This document shows, piece after piece, positions 45,679 to 56,432 of a stretch of DNA of 64,000 bases. The notes beneath the pieces are model-generated. The model did not search any database. It saw only the letters and a program-made list of their open reading frames with translations, and was not told where the DNA came from. The translations under genes were made by a program, and so were the position numbers. The stretch spans positions 492-64,491 of the forward strand of contig JALEGK010000020.1 of the NCBI GenBank assembly GCA_022763105.1, read 5' to 3'. Every line of letters begins with the position of its first letter. The stretch's first letter is position 1. Source of the DNA: Rickettsiales bacterium. GTDB taxonomy: Bacteria > Pseudomonadota > Alphaproteobacteria > Rickettsiales > UBA3002.

Positions 45679-46629
45679 TCAGACGTGCTGATAGCCTTTT
45701 CGCTCTAACATTAGTTCTGTGCCATCGTCATGTTTGAATGTGATGGTTCGATCTTGTGTGGTGTTACCAATTTTCGTGATAGCAACATTATGCGTGTTTG
45801 CAATTTGCATGAGGGTGTCATGCATGTCAGGTTTGGCGGTAAATAATAATTCATAATCATCGCCACCCGAAATTAACTCAGTGATACTCAAGGCAATCTG
45901 ATCTGTCGGCTCGGCGACTGGGATGCCGTCGGCTTGAATGATGGCGCCTACTTCAGATGCGGTGCAGATATGTTCCAGATCTTGGGCAAGTCCGTCTGAA
46001 ATATCCATGCATGAAGAGGCGAGGTCGATTAGCGCTGTTGCAAAACCCAACCGTGGTTCTGGCAATAGATAGCGAGCGATGACTGCGTGATGTGCATCAT
46101 CATTCACCCCTTTCCTGATGGCTTCTAATCCCATGCGCGATTCACCGATGGTGCCGGTGACATAGATATTGTCTTTTGCCTTTGCGTGTCTGCGGGTGAG
46201 TTTTTTGCCTTTAGCGACAATGCCATATAGGGTGATGGTAAGCGTGAGTGGGCCACTGGTTTTGGTGGTGTCACCGCCAATCAGCGAGATGCCATATAAC
46301 TCTTGATCGTGTTTCAACCCCTCGCAAAAACCACGTATCCAGTTTTCATCGATTGCGTCGGTTACGCTAAGCGCCAGTGTGTAATATGTGGCGCGTGCGC
46401 CAGATGCGGCGATGTCTGACAGATTCACACGCAATGCTTTTTGTGCAATCAAATGGGGTGTTGTATGTTCAAAAAAATGCACTGACTCAATGAGTGTGTC
46501 AGTGGTGATGACCAGCTCTTCACCTTCAAGCAGTGTCAGTGATGCCGTATCGTCTTTGAGGTCGGCCGAAACAGAATGGTCAGTACAGAGTGGTGCGAAA
46601 TGCTGGCGAATCCAATCGAACTCAGCCAT
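45679..46629 (-). CDS. thiL: Thiamine-monophosphate kinase
   Basis: 316 aa from ATG 46629 (MAEFDWIRQHF); the track ORF extends upstream into nusB. AIR-synthase-like fold motifs: DTASL, GGDT. Confidence 0.88.
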   Translation of the reverse strand: MAEFDWIRQHFAPLCTDHSVSADLKDDTASLTLLEGEELVITTDTLIESVHFFEHTTPHLIAQKALRVNLSDIAASGARATYYTLALSVTDAIDENWIRGFCEGLKHDQELYGISLIGGDTTKTSGPLTLTITLYGIVAKGKKLTRRHAKAKDNIYVTGTIGESRMGLEAIRKGVNDDAHHAVIARYLLPEPRLGFATALIDLASSCMDISDGLAQDLEHICTASEVGAIIQADGIPVAEPTDQIALSITELISGGDDYELLFTAKPDMHDTLMQIANTHNVAITKIGNTTQDRTITFKHDDGTELMLERKGYQHV

Positions 46630-47119
46630 TGCTCGCAGTCGATTCTTCGGGGCGGATATTGGCGGCGAGTTGTTGGATTGCGCTATGCATAAACCCGAGC
46701 TCCGGGTTTTCGCTAAAGCCACTGGCGATGTGGGTGTATTCATCGATGATAATGGCGCTGGCACGGTTAGGCTGTTCTAGCAGCTCGATAGCGGCACAGC
46801 GCAGACATGCAACGAGTACCGGGTCCATGCGATCGATCTTCCAATCATCATGCAGCACTTTCTCAATCATCGGGTCGATGGTTTCTAGCTGAGAGCACAC
46901 ACCAGAGATTAAGCGCTTTAGCAGTGATGGCTCCGGCAAGTCATCGGTGGGCCATTCATCATCTTGCGATGCAATACTGTCTTTCCATTGCGCTAAAATC
47001 GTATCAACCATCTGGTCGATGGAGTGTTTGCGCTCTGTGATCTGTTCGGAATACAGGCTTTGGATAGCGGCTAAGCGGGCGCTGCGTTTGCGCCGTAAGG
47101 ATTCACGTTCTTGTTTCAC
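46622..47119 (-). CDS. nusB: Transcription antitermination factor NusB
   Basis: 165 aa. ARLAAIQSLYS, and conserved position after ribH. Confidence 0.88.
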   Translation of the reverse strand: MKQERESLRRKRSARLAAIQSLYSEQITERKHSIDQMVDTILAQWKDSIASQDDEWPTDDLPEPSLLKRLISGVCSQLETIDPMIEKVLHDDWKIDRMDPVLVACLRCAAIELLEQPNRASAIIIDEYTHIASGFSENPELGFMHSAIQQLAANIRPEESTASNG

Positions 47120-47560
47120 TTAGGTGCTAACCTTGAAATGTTCGCGAAGTGTTGCCATACGCATGGCGGCTTCTGCGGCGTCTTTACCTTTGTTCAGCAC
47201 GTTGACGCTGGCGCGGTAATTGGCTTGTTCGCGATTCTCTACCGTTAAAATGCCAAAGCCGAGTGCTAATGCATTTTCGTAAGCGAGTGTTTGTAGGCCG
47301 CGGCTTACTTCGTTGCAGACATGGTCGTAATGCGAGGTCTCGCCGCGAATGACGCAGCCAAGTGCGATATAACCATCGTAATGTTTGCCGTCTTTATTGC
47401 GCATGGCAACGGCAAGTGCAGCAGGAATTTCGAAGGTGCCGGGCACCATAACTAACTCATGGGTGTGTTCACCGACATCTAAATGAGTGCGGCAGCCGAG
47501 CAGCAGCTCGTTGCAGACATCTTCATAATAATTCGAGGCGATGATTAAAAAATGTCCCAT
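47120..47560 (-). CDS. ribH: 6,7-dimethyl-8-ribityllumazine synthase
   Basis: 146 aa from ATG 47560, 1 nt after the ribBA stop. VPGTFEIP, GCVIRGETSHYD. Confidence 0.9.
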   Translation of the reverse strand: MGHFLIIASNYYEDVCNELLLGCRTHLDVGEHTHELVMVPGTFEIPAALAVAMRNKDGKHYDGYIALGCVIRGETSHYDHVCNEVSRGLQTLAYENALALGFGILTVENREQANYRASVNVLNKGKDAAEAAMRMATLREHFKVST

Positions 47561-47561
47561 G

Positions 47562-48674
47562 CTATTCCTTGATCGGTTTGAAATCATGTATGGTCAGGCC
47601 ATACCCTTCTAACCCTACCACGCTTTTTGGCGTGTTGGTAAGTAATACCATGTCTTTTATGCCTAAATCCAGAAGGATTTGGGCACCGATGCCGTAATCA
47701 CGCAAATTTGGGTCAGAAACGGGCGCTTCACCCATGCGCATGCGCAACATATCGGACACAGAAGTCTTGCGTGGCTCGCGTATGAGCACGATCACGCCGG
47801 AGCCTTCTTCGTCAATTTGCTGCATGGCTTTGCGCAGCTGTGAGGAGCGGCCAGAAAGGTTGTCGCCCAGCACGTCTGACAATACGTTAAAAGCGTGCAT
47901 GCGAACCAGCGTGGGCTTAGATGTATCTAACTCGCCTTTAATTAGCACTAAATGTTCCGCGTAATTCACTAGCTGAGTGACATAGATTTGCATGGTGAAG
48001 TCGCCCGCAAAGTCGCTGGTGAAGGGGTGCGAAAGCACAGGCTCTACCAAACGCTCAGAGCGGCGGCGATAGGCAATTAAATCGGCGATGGTCGCAATTT
48101 TCAGATCATGCTCTTTGGCGAATTCGATCAGGTCTGGCATGCGTGCCATTGATCCATCATCATTCATGATCTCGCAGATGACACCTGCGGGCTTAAGCCC
48201 CGCTAGGCGCGAAATATCGACAGCGGCTTCGGTGTGTCCTGCACGTACTAATACGCCACCATCGCGCGCTTCGAGCGGGAAGACATGGCCGGGGCTGACA
48301 ATATCGGCAGCGGTGCTAAGCGGGTTGATGGCTGCGGCAATGGTGGTTGCGCGATCTGCTGCAGAAATACCGGTGGTAATGCCTTGGCGTGCCTCGATTG
48401 ATACGGTGAAGGCGGTCTGATGACGTGAATTGTTGGTTTTCGCCATAGGGGGCAGGCCCAAGCGGCGTACCTGATCGCCATCGAGCGTTAAACAGATCAG
48501 TCCGCGTCCGTATTTCGCCATAAAATTGACGGCGTCCGCATCGGCCATTTCGGCAGGGATGACCAAATCGCCTTCATTCTCGCGGTCTTCATCATCGACC
48601 AGAATGAACATACGCCCGGCTTTGGCGTCTTCGATAATCTCTTCGATGGTTGATAGATGTGCGTTCTCGCTCAT
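47562..48674 (-). CDS. ribBA: Bifunctional DHBP synthase / GTP cyclohydrolase II
   Basis: 370 aa. [18 protein letters not shown]. Confidence 0.92.
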   Translation of the reverse strand: MSENAHLSTIEEIIEDAKAGRMFILVDDEDRENEGDLVIPAEMADADAVNFMAKYGRGLICLTLDGDQVRRLGLPPMAKTNNSRHQTAFTVSIEARQGITTGISAADRATTIAAAINPLSTAADIVSPGHVFPLEARDGGVLVRAGHTEAAVDISRLAGLKPAGVICEIMNDDGSMARMPDLIEFAKEHDLKIATIADLIAYRRRSERLVEPVLSHPFTSDFAGDFTMQIYVTQLVNYAEHLVLIKGELDTSKPTLVRMHAFNVLSDVLGDNLSGRSSQLRKAMQQIDEEGSGVIVLIREPRKTSVSDMLRMRMGEAPVSDPNLRDYGIGAQILLDLGIKDMVLLTNTPKSVVGLEGYGLTIHDFKPIKE

Positions 48675-49264
48675 GCAGCGACCTCCATTTGTCGTGCAAT
48701 ATAACGTGCGAACAGATCAACCTCAATATTGAGTGCATCACCGGCGTTTAGTGTCTGTAAATTGGTGTTTTCCCATGTGTGCGGGATGATATTCACGTCA
48801 AAATGCTCAGCTTCTACAGCGTTCACGGTGAGTGAGATGCCGTTTAGCGCCACCGAGCCTTTAGGGGCGATGAATTTGGCGAGCGCCTTTGGGGCATTGA
48901 TAGTAAGCTGATAGGACAGATCAATCGGCGCGATGGATTGGATGGTAGCGATGCCATCCACATGACCAGAAACCAAATGTCCGCCCAGCTCGTCACCCAT
49001 GCGCAGGGCGCGTTCTAGATTGATGACATCTCCCGCACGCCACGCGCCAAGCGTGGTTTTGGTAATGGTTTCCGCACTTGCAGTGGCGTGGAAATTGTCA
49101 TCTGATTTTTCGGTGACGGTAAGGCAAATGCCGTTGCAGGCAATGGATGCACCAATGGCGACATCATCCAGATCATAGCATGTCTGGATGCTTAAATGCT
49201 TTGCGCCCGCCTCATCGTGAACATGTGTGAGCGTGCCGCTATCGGTTATGATGCCAGTAAACAT
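48671..49264 (-). CDS. ribE: Riboflavin synthase
   Basis: 197 aa. MFTGII start and a duplicated lumazine-binding repeat (NGICLTV / NGISLTV). Confidence 0.92.
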   Translation of the reverse strand: MFTGIITDSGTLTHVHDEAGAKHLSIQTCYDLDDVAIGASIACNGICLTVTEKSDDNFHATASAETITKTTLGAWRAGDVINLERALRMGDELGGHLVSGHVDGIATIQSIAPIDLSYQLTINAPKALAKFIAPKGSVALNGISLTVNAVEAEHFDVNIIPHTWENTNLQTLNAGDALNIEVDLFARYIARQMEVAA

Positions 49265-50349
49265 GGGGCTATCCTATACACGCGCAGGCGGTCATCGCCA
49301 ATAAAAATGCTGTTTTGTGGCGTTTGCGTGGCGATTGAGGCCAATGTTAGCGGCGGCTTGTTTTGGCTTTTATGTGTGTCTTGGCCTAACGGTGTAGGTG
49401 CTTGATACCAGTAAAGCGCATCGACGAGACCCGCTTGCATAAAGGCGTTGGTGAGGGTGGGGCCTGCCTCTAGCAGTAAGCGGGTGACGCCTGCTTTTGC
49501 TAGCTCTGATAGTAGGGTAGGCAACGATTCTGGCATCTCAAGCACGTTTACCCCTGCATTTGCCAACTCGTCTGCTGCGGCGTTTTTTAGGTTTTTCGAT
49601 TGGGTGAAAACCCAAAGCGGATATTGCTTGGCTGATGTGACCAGCTTGCTATCAGGCGGTATGCGCAACTGACGATCAAGCACGATGCGGATAGGTGAAT
49701 CAGATTCGCGGCCTGCAATGCGGCAGGTGAGCATGGGCTCATCATCGAGTACCGTGCCAATGCCCGTTAGAATCGCATCATGATTGGCGCGCAGCAAATG
49801 ACCATGATGTTGTGCCGCGCCAGATGTGATAGCCGGTGGTTCGTCTTGCGGGGTGAGCATTTGTTGATCGGCAGAGGTCGCAATTTTGGCAGTCACATAC
49901 GGTTTGTTATGCGTCTGCGTTAAGAAAAAGCCTTCATTGAGTGCCAGCGCTTCCGCTTCGCATAGCCCAACATGTACGTTTATTTTTTGCTCTTTTAGAT
50001 ATGCAATGCCCTTGCCATTCACCTCTGCATTCGGATCTTGGCAGGCGATATAGATATCACTGATGCCGGCTTTGGCAATGGCTTCGCAGCAGGGTGGAGT
50101 TTGACCATGATGCGAACAAGGCTCAAGCGTGACATACATGGTGGCACCTTTGGCTTGTGTGCCAGCCATTTCTATGGCTTGTGTTTCGGCATGCGGGCGC
50201 CCGCCTCGCTCAGTGGCACCAATGCCTATGATGGCGCTGTCTTTAACGATAACGCAGCCAACAGCAGGGTTGGGTGCGGTACGGCCAAGCTGACGCGCGG
50301 CGAGGCGCAATGCGTACTGCATGGCGCGAATGTGCGTTTCTTCATTCAT
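49246..50349 (-). CDS. ribD: Bifunctional riboflavin deaminase/reductase
   Basis: 367 aa. HAETQAI ... TLEPCSHHGQTPPC zinc deaminase motif. Confidence 0.92.
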   Translation of the reverse strand: MNEETHIRAMQYALRLAARQLGRTAPNPAVGCVIVKDSAIIGIGATERGGRPHAETQAIEMAGTQAKGATMYVTLEPCSHHGQTPPCCEAIAKAGISDIYIACQDPNAEVNGKGIAYLKEQKINVHVGLCEAEALALNEGFFLTQTHNKPYVTAKIATSADQQMLTPQDEPPAITSGAAQHHGHLLRANHDAILTGIGTVLDDEPMLTCRIAGRESDSPIRIVLDRQLRIPPDSKLVTSAKQYPLWVFTQSKNLKNAAADELANAGVNVLEMPESLPTLLSELAKAGVTRLLLEAGPTLTNAFMQAGLVDALYWYQAPTPLGQDTHKSQNKPPLTLASIATQTPQNSIFIGDDRLRVYRIAPCLLAS

Positions 50350-50354
50350 GGAAA

Positions 50355-50819
50355 TTAGCTGGCCGTTGGAGCAATCGCCAGTTTCTCGACGAAGTCTTCA
50401 AAGTCTTTTGCTTCGCGGAAGTTTCGGTACACGCTGGCATAGCGAATGTAAGCGACTTTATCGATGGTGATTAGCTCATCCATCACCAACTCACCAATTT
50501 GCGATGATTCGATTTCGCTTTCGCCTTGGCTTTCTAATTTTTGCACGATGCGGTTGATGGTTTGCTCAACCACTTCCTGATCGACATTGCGTTTGCGCAA
50601 AGCAATATTCAGTGAGCGCGCGATCTTATCGCGATCGAAAGGTCGGCGCTCACCGTTAGATTTGATCACGGTTAATTCGCGTAATTGCACCCGCTCAAAC
50701 GTGGTGAATCGAGAATTACAAGCAGGGCAAAAACGTCTGCGGCGAATGGTAGAACCATCTTCACTCGGACGTGAATCCTTTACTTGTGTATCTTGATTAC
50801 TGCAAAACGGGCAACGCAT
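50355..50819 (-). CDS. nrdR: Transcriptional repressor NrdR
   Basis: 154 aa. MRCPFCS..CPAC zinc ribbon plus ATP-cone. Confidence 0.92.
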   Translation of the reverse strand: MRCPFCSNQDTQVKDSRPSEDGSTIRRRRFCPACNSRFTTFERVQLRELTVIKSNGERRPFDRDKIARSLNIALRKRNVDQEVVEQTINRIVQKLESQGESEIESSQIGELVMDELITIDKVAYIRYASVYRNFREAKDFEDFVEKLAIAPTAS

Positions 50820-50824
50820 ACGAA

Positions 50825-52180
50825 TTATCCAATGTCGTTATAAATAGGGAATCTGGTGCACAATTCGCGCACTTTTGCATTCACGGTTTTTTCATTCTCG
50901 GCGTTGGCTTCTGGGCTTGCTGCCAAACCGTCCAACACATCGCCAATGAATTCACCCACCTGTTTGAACTCTTCGACACCAAATCCGCGCGTGGTACCCG
51001 CAGGTGTGCCCAAACGTACGCCAGAGGTGACCATTGGTGGCTGAGGATCAAATGGGATCGCGTTTTTATTACAGGTCAGACCTGCACGCTCCAGGCTTTC
51101 TTCTGCATCTTTACCGGTTAGGTTTTTCGGGCGTAGATCAACCAGCACCAAGTGGTTATCTGTACCGCCAGAGACGATGTCGAAGCCGCGTGCTTTTAGC
51201 GTGTCTGCCAATGCGCGTGCATTATCGATCACGGCTTGGCCGTAATTGGTAAATGATGGCTGAAGCGCCTCGCCGAAAGCAACGGCTTTTGCTGCAATGA
51301 CGTGCATTAGTGGGCCGCCTTGAATACCAGGGAAGATCGCAGAGTTAATCGCTTGACCCAGCGTGATGTCTTTACCTGATTTGGTCTGGCGAACGACTTT
51401 GTCTGGGTTGTTCGACAGAATCAGACCACCGCGAGGACCGCGTAGGGTTTTGTGTGTGGTGGTGGTGACGACATCGGCATGCTCGATTGGGCTTGGGTAT
51501 GAACCAGCAGCCACGAGGCCTGCAATATGCGCCATATCGACCATGAAATACGCGCCGACTTCATCGGCAATTTTACGGAAGCGCGCCCAGTCGATCACGC
51601 GTGGGTAAGCGGAGAAACCCGCGATGATAAGCTGTGGCTTGTGCTCTTTTGCAAGCGCTTCGATTTGATCGTAATCGATAAGGTGATCGTCTTCGCGCAC
51701 ACCATATTGTACGGCGTTGAACCATTTACCAGACTGGTTAGGTGCTGCACCATGGGTGAGGTGACCACCAGCAGCCAGTGACTGACCAAGGATGGTGTCG
51801 CCCGGTTTTAGAATGGCGTTGAACACACCTTGGTTGGCTTGAGAACCTGAGTTTGGTTGCACGTTTGCGTAAGCCGCACCGAATAGTTTTTTCGCACGAT
51901 CAATGGCTAGCTCTTCGGCGATATCGACGAATTCGCAACCACCATAATAGCGTTTGCCCGGATAGCCTTCAGCGTATTTGTTGGTGAGCACGGTGCCTTG
52001 TGCTTGGAGTACTGCGTGGCTTGCAATATTCTCTGATGCAATCAGCTCCACTTGATATTGCTGACGCTCTAGCTCTTTTTCCATCGCTTTAAATAGCTCT
52101 GGATCGCTGGTGCGAATATCACGGGTGAAGAAATCTTCGTTGCTGTTTTCGTTGCCGATGGAAACCACGGATGCTGACAT
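50825..52180 (-). CDS. glyA: Serine hydroxymethyltransferase
   Basis: 451 aa. [24 protein letters not shown]-Lys motif. Confidence 0.93.
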   Translation of the reverse strand: MSASVVSIGNENSNEDFFTRDIRTSDPELFKAMEKELERQQYQVELIASENIASHAVLQAQGTVLTNKYAEGYPGKRYYGGCEFVDIAEELAIDRAKKLFGAAYANVQPNSGSQANQGVFNAILKPGDTILGQSLAAGGHLTHGAAPNQSGKWFNAVQYGVREDDHLIDYDQIEALAKEHKPQLIIAGFSAYPRVIDWARFRKIADEVGAYFMVDMAHIAGLVAAGSYPSPIEHADVVTTTTHKTLRGPRGGLILSNNPDKVVRQTKSGKDITLGQAINSAIFPGIQGGPLMHVIAAKAVAFGEALQPSFTNYGQAVIDNARALADTLKARGFDIVSGGTDNHLVLVDLRPKNLTGKDAEESLERAGLTCNKNAIPFDPQPPMVTSGVRLGTPAGTTRGFGVEEFKQVGEFIGDVLDGLAASPEANAENEKTVNAKVRELCTRFPIYNDIG

Positions 52181-52207
52181 AATCTTTGTTACTCCTAATA
52201 AATAAAC

Positions 52208-52657
52208 TTAACCTAATTTTTCAACGCGTCGCTCGTGTCTGCCGCCCTCATATTCTGTATTGAGGAATTGGCGGACACAGTCTTTAGCTTCTTCTTCGCC
52301 AATCAGCCGTGCACCTAGTGCCAGAATGTTGGCGTTGTTATGTCGTCTTGATAATGCTGCTGCTAGACCGGTTTGGCACAGCGCGGCACGTATTCCTTTG
52401 TGGCGGTTGGCGGCAATGGAAATACCGATACCTGAACCGCAGACGATAATGGCTTGATTGGCCTTTCCCTCGAGCACAGCAAGTGCGGCGGCATTGCCAA
52501 AATCCGGATAATCCACGGAGGAATCCGAATCGGTCCCCAGATCGAGCGCATCGAACCCTAACGCTTCCACCTCTGCGACTAACGCCTGCTTTAGAGCAAA
52601 CCCTGCATGATCACTTGCAAGTGCAATGGTGGTTCTGGACACTAAATTACTCGCCAT
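52208..52657 (-). CDS. rpiB: Ribose-5-phosphate isomerase B
   Basis: 149 aa. IVCGSGIGISIAANR. Confidence 0.9.
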   Translation of the reverse strand: MASNLVSRTTIALASDHAGFALKQALVAEVEALGFDALDLGTDSDSSVDYPDFGNAAALAVLEGKANQAIIVCGSGIGISIAANRHKGIRAALCQTGLAAALSRRHNNANILALGARLIGEEEAKDCVRQFLNTEYEGGRHERRVEKLG

Positions 52658-52846
52658 TTGCTATGTTGGGTGGTTATCAACCACAATATCTAGTGGGTCA
52701 GTCATACAGCCAAGGGTGGAATATGCAACAAAATTATCACTAGATTCAAATGCTACGCGTGGTCATACACAGAAAGGCGTGTATTTATGTAACGCATAAT
52801 TTGTGTGCGTGTTAGCAGTGGGTAGGGCTTTAGTTCAGGTAAGAGT

Positions 52847-53617
52847 ATGACATGGATTGATAATCCGGCGATCATGACGCCATTATTTTTCGTCTTTGGG
52901 GCGTGTATTGGCAGCTTTGTCACCATGCTGGTCTATCGCTTGCCAAGGGGTGAATCGATTATCAGACGCCCGTCTCACTGCACGATTTGCGATCACCGTC
53001 TGGGCATTATCGATTTGATTCCGCTTCTGTCCTATTTGCTTGTGCGTGGCTCTTGTCGCTACTGCAAAGCCAAGATTTCCTTTGCGTATGGATGGATTGA
53101 ATGGTTATGCGCGGGCATTTATCTAGGGCTGTATCTGTTCAGCGCGTCATGGGAATACAGTCTTTTATATGGCACGATGCTGTGCCTGCTTTTAGCAATG
53201 ATCGTTATTGATCTGGCGCATTATATCATTCCTGACTTTATTCAATGGTGCTTGCTGGCGTTAGGCGCAGTGCATATTCATTTGTTAGATTTGGATTGGG
53301 TAGCGCAATTAAGTGGTGCAGCACTGGGCTTGGGCGTTGGATTGCTGCTTCATTATGGCTTTCGCGTGTTGCGTAAGAAAGAGGGGCTTGGCTTTGGCGA
53401 TGTGAAGTTTTTTGCGGTCGCTGGCCTATGGGTAGGGATGTATGGCTGGGTGCCATTCATTTTCATCGCTGGTGTGCTTGGTATTGTTCATGCGCTCATC
53501 TGGCGTGCTATTCATAAAACGGAGCGCTTTCCATTTGGCCCGGCATTAGCCATCTCGTTGGCGGTTATTGTTTTGATTCCGGAAGCCTCTATGTGGTTTT
53601 GGTGGCTTTACCAATAA
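52847..53617 (+). CDS. PilD-type prepilin peptidase (A24 family) with N-terminal Cys-rich zinc motif
   Basis: 256 aa. HCTICDHRL...CRYCKAKI, and GFGDVKFF. Confidence 0.8.
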   Translation: MTWIDNPAIMTPLFFVFGACIGSFVTMLVYRLPRGESIIRRPSHCTICDHRLGIIDLIPLLSYLLVRGSCRYCKAKISFAYGWIEWLCAGIYLGLYLFSASWEYSLLYGTMLCLLLAMIVIDLAHYIIPDFIQWCLLALGAVHIHLLDLDWVAQLSGAALGLGVGLLLHYGFRVLRKKEGLGFGDVKFFAVAGLWVGMYGWVPFIFIAGVLGIVHALIWRAIHKTERFPFGPALAISLAVIVLIPEASMWFWWLYQ

Positions 53618-53762
53618 TCTTTATTGGACGAACGTATCATAATTACAACATTTCAAGGATTAACAAAAAAACTCTGTTGTTAACCAAGCATTAATCTTTG
53701 TTTCCATCTGTTACCATACATAATCTAGTGTTATAACAACGTTAATAATACTAAGAGTGGTA

Positions 53763-55646
53763 ATGTTACACAAAGTTACAACTATGAAAGCACTTTTATC
53801 AGGGATCTCACTCACCTTCCTTGCAACCTTTTTGTTAACCGGCTGTACCGATGGCGGTATCTTTGATCGTTCATCTTACGATCATATTGACCGTGAATAT
53901 GAGTTAAGCCGTGATGACTATTTGCAGATGGCGCGTCCAACGCCGAAGCAAGAGGAGAAGCTGGCGCAACAGAAATCACGCCGCAAGCCACCTCCTGTTC
54001 CAGAGATTGCGCAGATTCTGGCCGCTCCAAAGCGCCCTAAAGTAGGTAAGAACAAATTGGTGACCGTTTCGGTAACCGATGATGTCCCGTTAAAAGATGT
54101 ATTGATCGAGCTGGCACGTCTCGCTGATGTCGATATTGAATTGGGAAGCGGTATTGAAGGTGGTATTTCATTCCGCGCAAAAGATAAGCCATTCAGTGAT
54201 GTGATTGAGCGCATCGCCAATCTGGCAGGGTTACGCTATAAAATGCACAATGGCACGCTTCGTATTGAGCGCGATTTGCCATATGTCAAAAACTACTCCA
54301 TCGACTTTTTGAACATGATTCGTAACAGTACGTCTCAGGTCAGCATCGCGACTGACGTGCTGACTGCTGGTTCTGACAGTGGTTCAGGCGGCGGTGGAGG
54401 CGGCGGTGGCTCCGGTGGCGGTGGCTCCGGTGGCGGTAGTCAAGAAGGTCTGTCGACTGGAACGACCTCTAGTATCACTTCGAATAGTGAGAGTGATTTC
54501 TGGGCATCTTTGCAAGCTGGCCTGACCGAGATTTTGGGTTACGTGCCGGGTACTGGTTTGCCAGATATGCGCAGCGAGAATGAAAGACAATCAACGGGCA
54601 GTGGCGACACGAATAAGGGTGCTAACGGCGCATTCTACGTGGTTAACCGCCAAGCAGGTATTTTGTCTGTCTCTGGTTCTGAGCGTCAGCACCTCATGGT
54701 GAATGAGTATCTGAAGATGCTAGAGCGCAACGCCTCAGCGCAGGTGCTGATTGAAGCGAAAATTATCGAAGTCGAGTTGGATCGCCAATATCAAAGTGGT
54801 GTGAACTGGACGGCAGTGTTGGGTAATTCTGATTTTGCGCTTAACCTGCCGCAAACATCGATTACTAACGGCCTAAGCTGGTCTATGCTTGGCCCTGGTT
54901 TTGATGATGACGGGGTAGGTGCGCTGAACCCAACCGGTGATAATAACCTTGGCGTTGATCTGGATTCGGTGGTGCAATTGACGGAGCGTTTTGGTACCTC
55001 GCGCACGCTATCTAGTCCACGTCTGCATGCGATTAATAACCAGCAATCGGTACTGACCTTTGCTGAGAATAAGATCTTCTTTGAAGTGGATGTTGAGCGC
55101 GAAGACGACCAGATCGTTGATGGTACGGTGATTCCCGGAACCACAACGGTTGAGTCGACCCGACGTTCTGTACCAATCGGTATTATCCTGAGCATTCTGC
55201 CTTCGATAAATCTGGACCGCAGTGAAGTAACATTAAGTGTACGCCCAACCTTATCACGTCAGGTGAGCACCGTTACTGACCCTGGTTCGGCGGTAGCTAA
55301 CAGCATTTTGACCGCGACTGACCCTAACGCTGAAGGCTTTACTAACGAAGTGCCAGTGGTTGAGGTTCGCGAGCTAGATTCTGTCATGAAAGTCAGAAGC
55401 GGTGGTGTGATGATTATTGGTGGTTTGATGGAAGATGTGAACACCAATGTTGACGAGGGTGTGCCTTGGGTGAGCGAAGTGCCGTTTATTGGTAATGCAT
55501 TCAAGCGTACCAATAAGGTGACGCAGAAGCGCGAGCTGATCATCTTGATTAAGGCATCTATTGTTGGGCCTGATGGTCACTATGCACCAGCTGATCGTAC
55601 CATCTACGATAAATTCTCTGATGACCCACGTCCGTTAATGTTCTAA
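53763..55646 (+). CDS. Lipoprotein secretin (MshL/GspD/PilQ superfamily)
   Basis: Lipobox LLTGC. N0-like domain (VSVTDDVPLKDVLIELARLADVDIEL). Gly/Ser linker. C-terminal secretin core (GVPWVSEVPFIGNAFKR..RELIILIKASIV). Start is ATG 53763 or 53784; the track has GTG 53757. Confidence 0.8.
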   Translation: MLHKVTTMKALLSGISLTFLATFLLTGCTDGGIFDRSSYDHIDREYELSRDDYLQMARPTPKQEEKLAQQKSRRKPPPVPEIAQILAAPKRPKVGKNKLVTVSVTDDVPLKDVLIELARLADVDIELGSGIEGGISFRAKDKPFSDVIERIANLAGLRYKMHNGTLRIERDLPYVKNYSIDFLNMIRNSTSQVSIATDVLTAGSDSGSGGGGGGGGSGGGGSGGGSQEGLSTGTTSSITSNSESDFWASLQAGLTEILGYVPGTGLPDMRSENERQSTGSGDTNKGANGAFYVVNRQAGILSVSGSERQHLMVNEYLKMLERNASAQVLIEAKIIEVELDRQYQSGVNWTAVLGNSDFALNLPQTSITNGLSWSMLGPGFDDDGVGALNPTGDNNLGVDLDSVVQLTERFGTSRTLSSPRLHAINNQQSVLTFAENKIFFEVDVEREDDQIVDGTVIPGTTTVESTRRSVPIGIILSILPSINLDRSEVTLSVRPTLSRQVSTVTDPGSAVANSILTATDPNAEGFTNEVPVVEVRELDSVMKVRSGGVMIIGGLMEDVNTNVDEGVPWVSEVPFIGNAFKRTNKVTQKRELIILIKASIVGPDGHYAPADRTIYDKFSDDPRPLMF

Positions 55647-55656
55647 GCTGCTGCTC

Positions 55657-56421
55657 ATGAACACGACGATTCGATATGTCCTGCTTACCGCATTTCGTGA
55701 CAGGCTTTTCTTGGGCTTGCTGATTGGCCTGATTGCCGCCGCTGCTATTAGCACATCGCTTGGTCAGTTGGCGTTATTAGAGCCAGAACAAATGTCGCTT
55801 TCGTTCGCTGCAGCATCGTCGCGCTTTATTCTGGTGGTTGGTATTGTGGTGTTTACCTGTTTCCATTTACGCCAAGCGTTCGACAATAAAGAAATTGATG
55901 TTTTGCTCTCACGCCCCATTTCGCGCGTGAGCTTGGTACTTTCCTATTGGCTAGGCTTTGCCGTTGTCGCATCGCTGCTTAGTGTGATTGCGGTGGTGAC
56001 GTTGTTGGCGGTAGGCATTATCCACGAACAGGGTTTTATCGCATGGGCGATTAGCATGATGTTGGAATTGTGGCTGGTGGTTGCCTTGGCATTATTTATG
56101 GGATGCACACTGAAGAGTGCGGTGAGTGCGGTGCTGTCTAGCCTTGGCTTTTACTTACTGTCACGCATGATCGGGTTCTTTATTGCGACGGCACAAAACA
56201 GCATGCTGTTTGGTGAGAAAGACCTGAACAACACCTTCCGCTACATCACAGATGGCTTGGCGTTGTTTGTGCCACGTCTGGATTTCTTTGCGAAGAGTGA
56301 ATGGCTGATTTACGGTATTTCGCAAACACAAGATTGGGTGTTGTTTGTTGTGCAGCCCGCCATCTTTATTCCGGTGCTGCTGTTTGCCACCATGATCGAT
56401 TTTAAGCGTAAGCAGTTTTAA
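55657..56421 (+). CDS. ABC-2-type (NosY/GldF-like) permease-like membrane protein; no cognate ATPase adjacent
   Basis: 254 aa with about 6 TM helices. FDNKEIDVLLSRPISR resembles the E-x-G-T-x-E-x-L-L-S-x-P-x-S-R motif region. Confidence 0.55.
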   Translation: MNTTIRYVLLTAFRDRLFLGLLIGLIAAAAISTSLGQLALLEPEQMSLSFAAASSRFILVVGIVVFTCFHLRQAFDNKEIDVLLSRPISRVSLVLSYWLGFAVVASLLSVIAVVTLLAVGIIHEQGFIAWAISMMLELWLVVALALFMGCTLKSAVSAVLSSLGFYLLSRMIGFFIATAQNSMLFGEKDLNNTFRYITDGLALFVPRLDFFAKSEWLIYGISQTQDWVLFVVQPAIFIPVLLFATMIDFKRKQF

Positions 56422-56432
56422 TGTGAGGCATT

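Noticed and set aside
47120-50819. I looked for an FMN riboswitch or other leader in the nrdR-ribD-ribE-ribBA-ribH-nusB-thiL string.
   Set aside because: The genes are contiguous or overlapping, with gaps of 0-5 nt. There is no room for a riboswitch inside the string.
54402-54431. A perfect 15-nt tandem duplication (ggcggtggctccggt x2) in the Gly/Ser linker of the secretin.
   Set aside because: It is in-frame (GGGSG x2) linker expansion. At most it gives length polymorphism, with no frameshift or switch potential.
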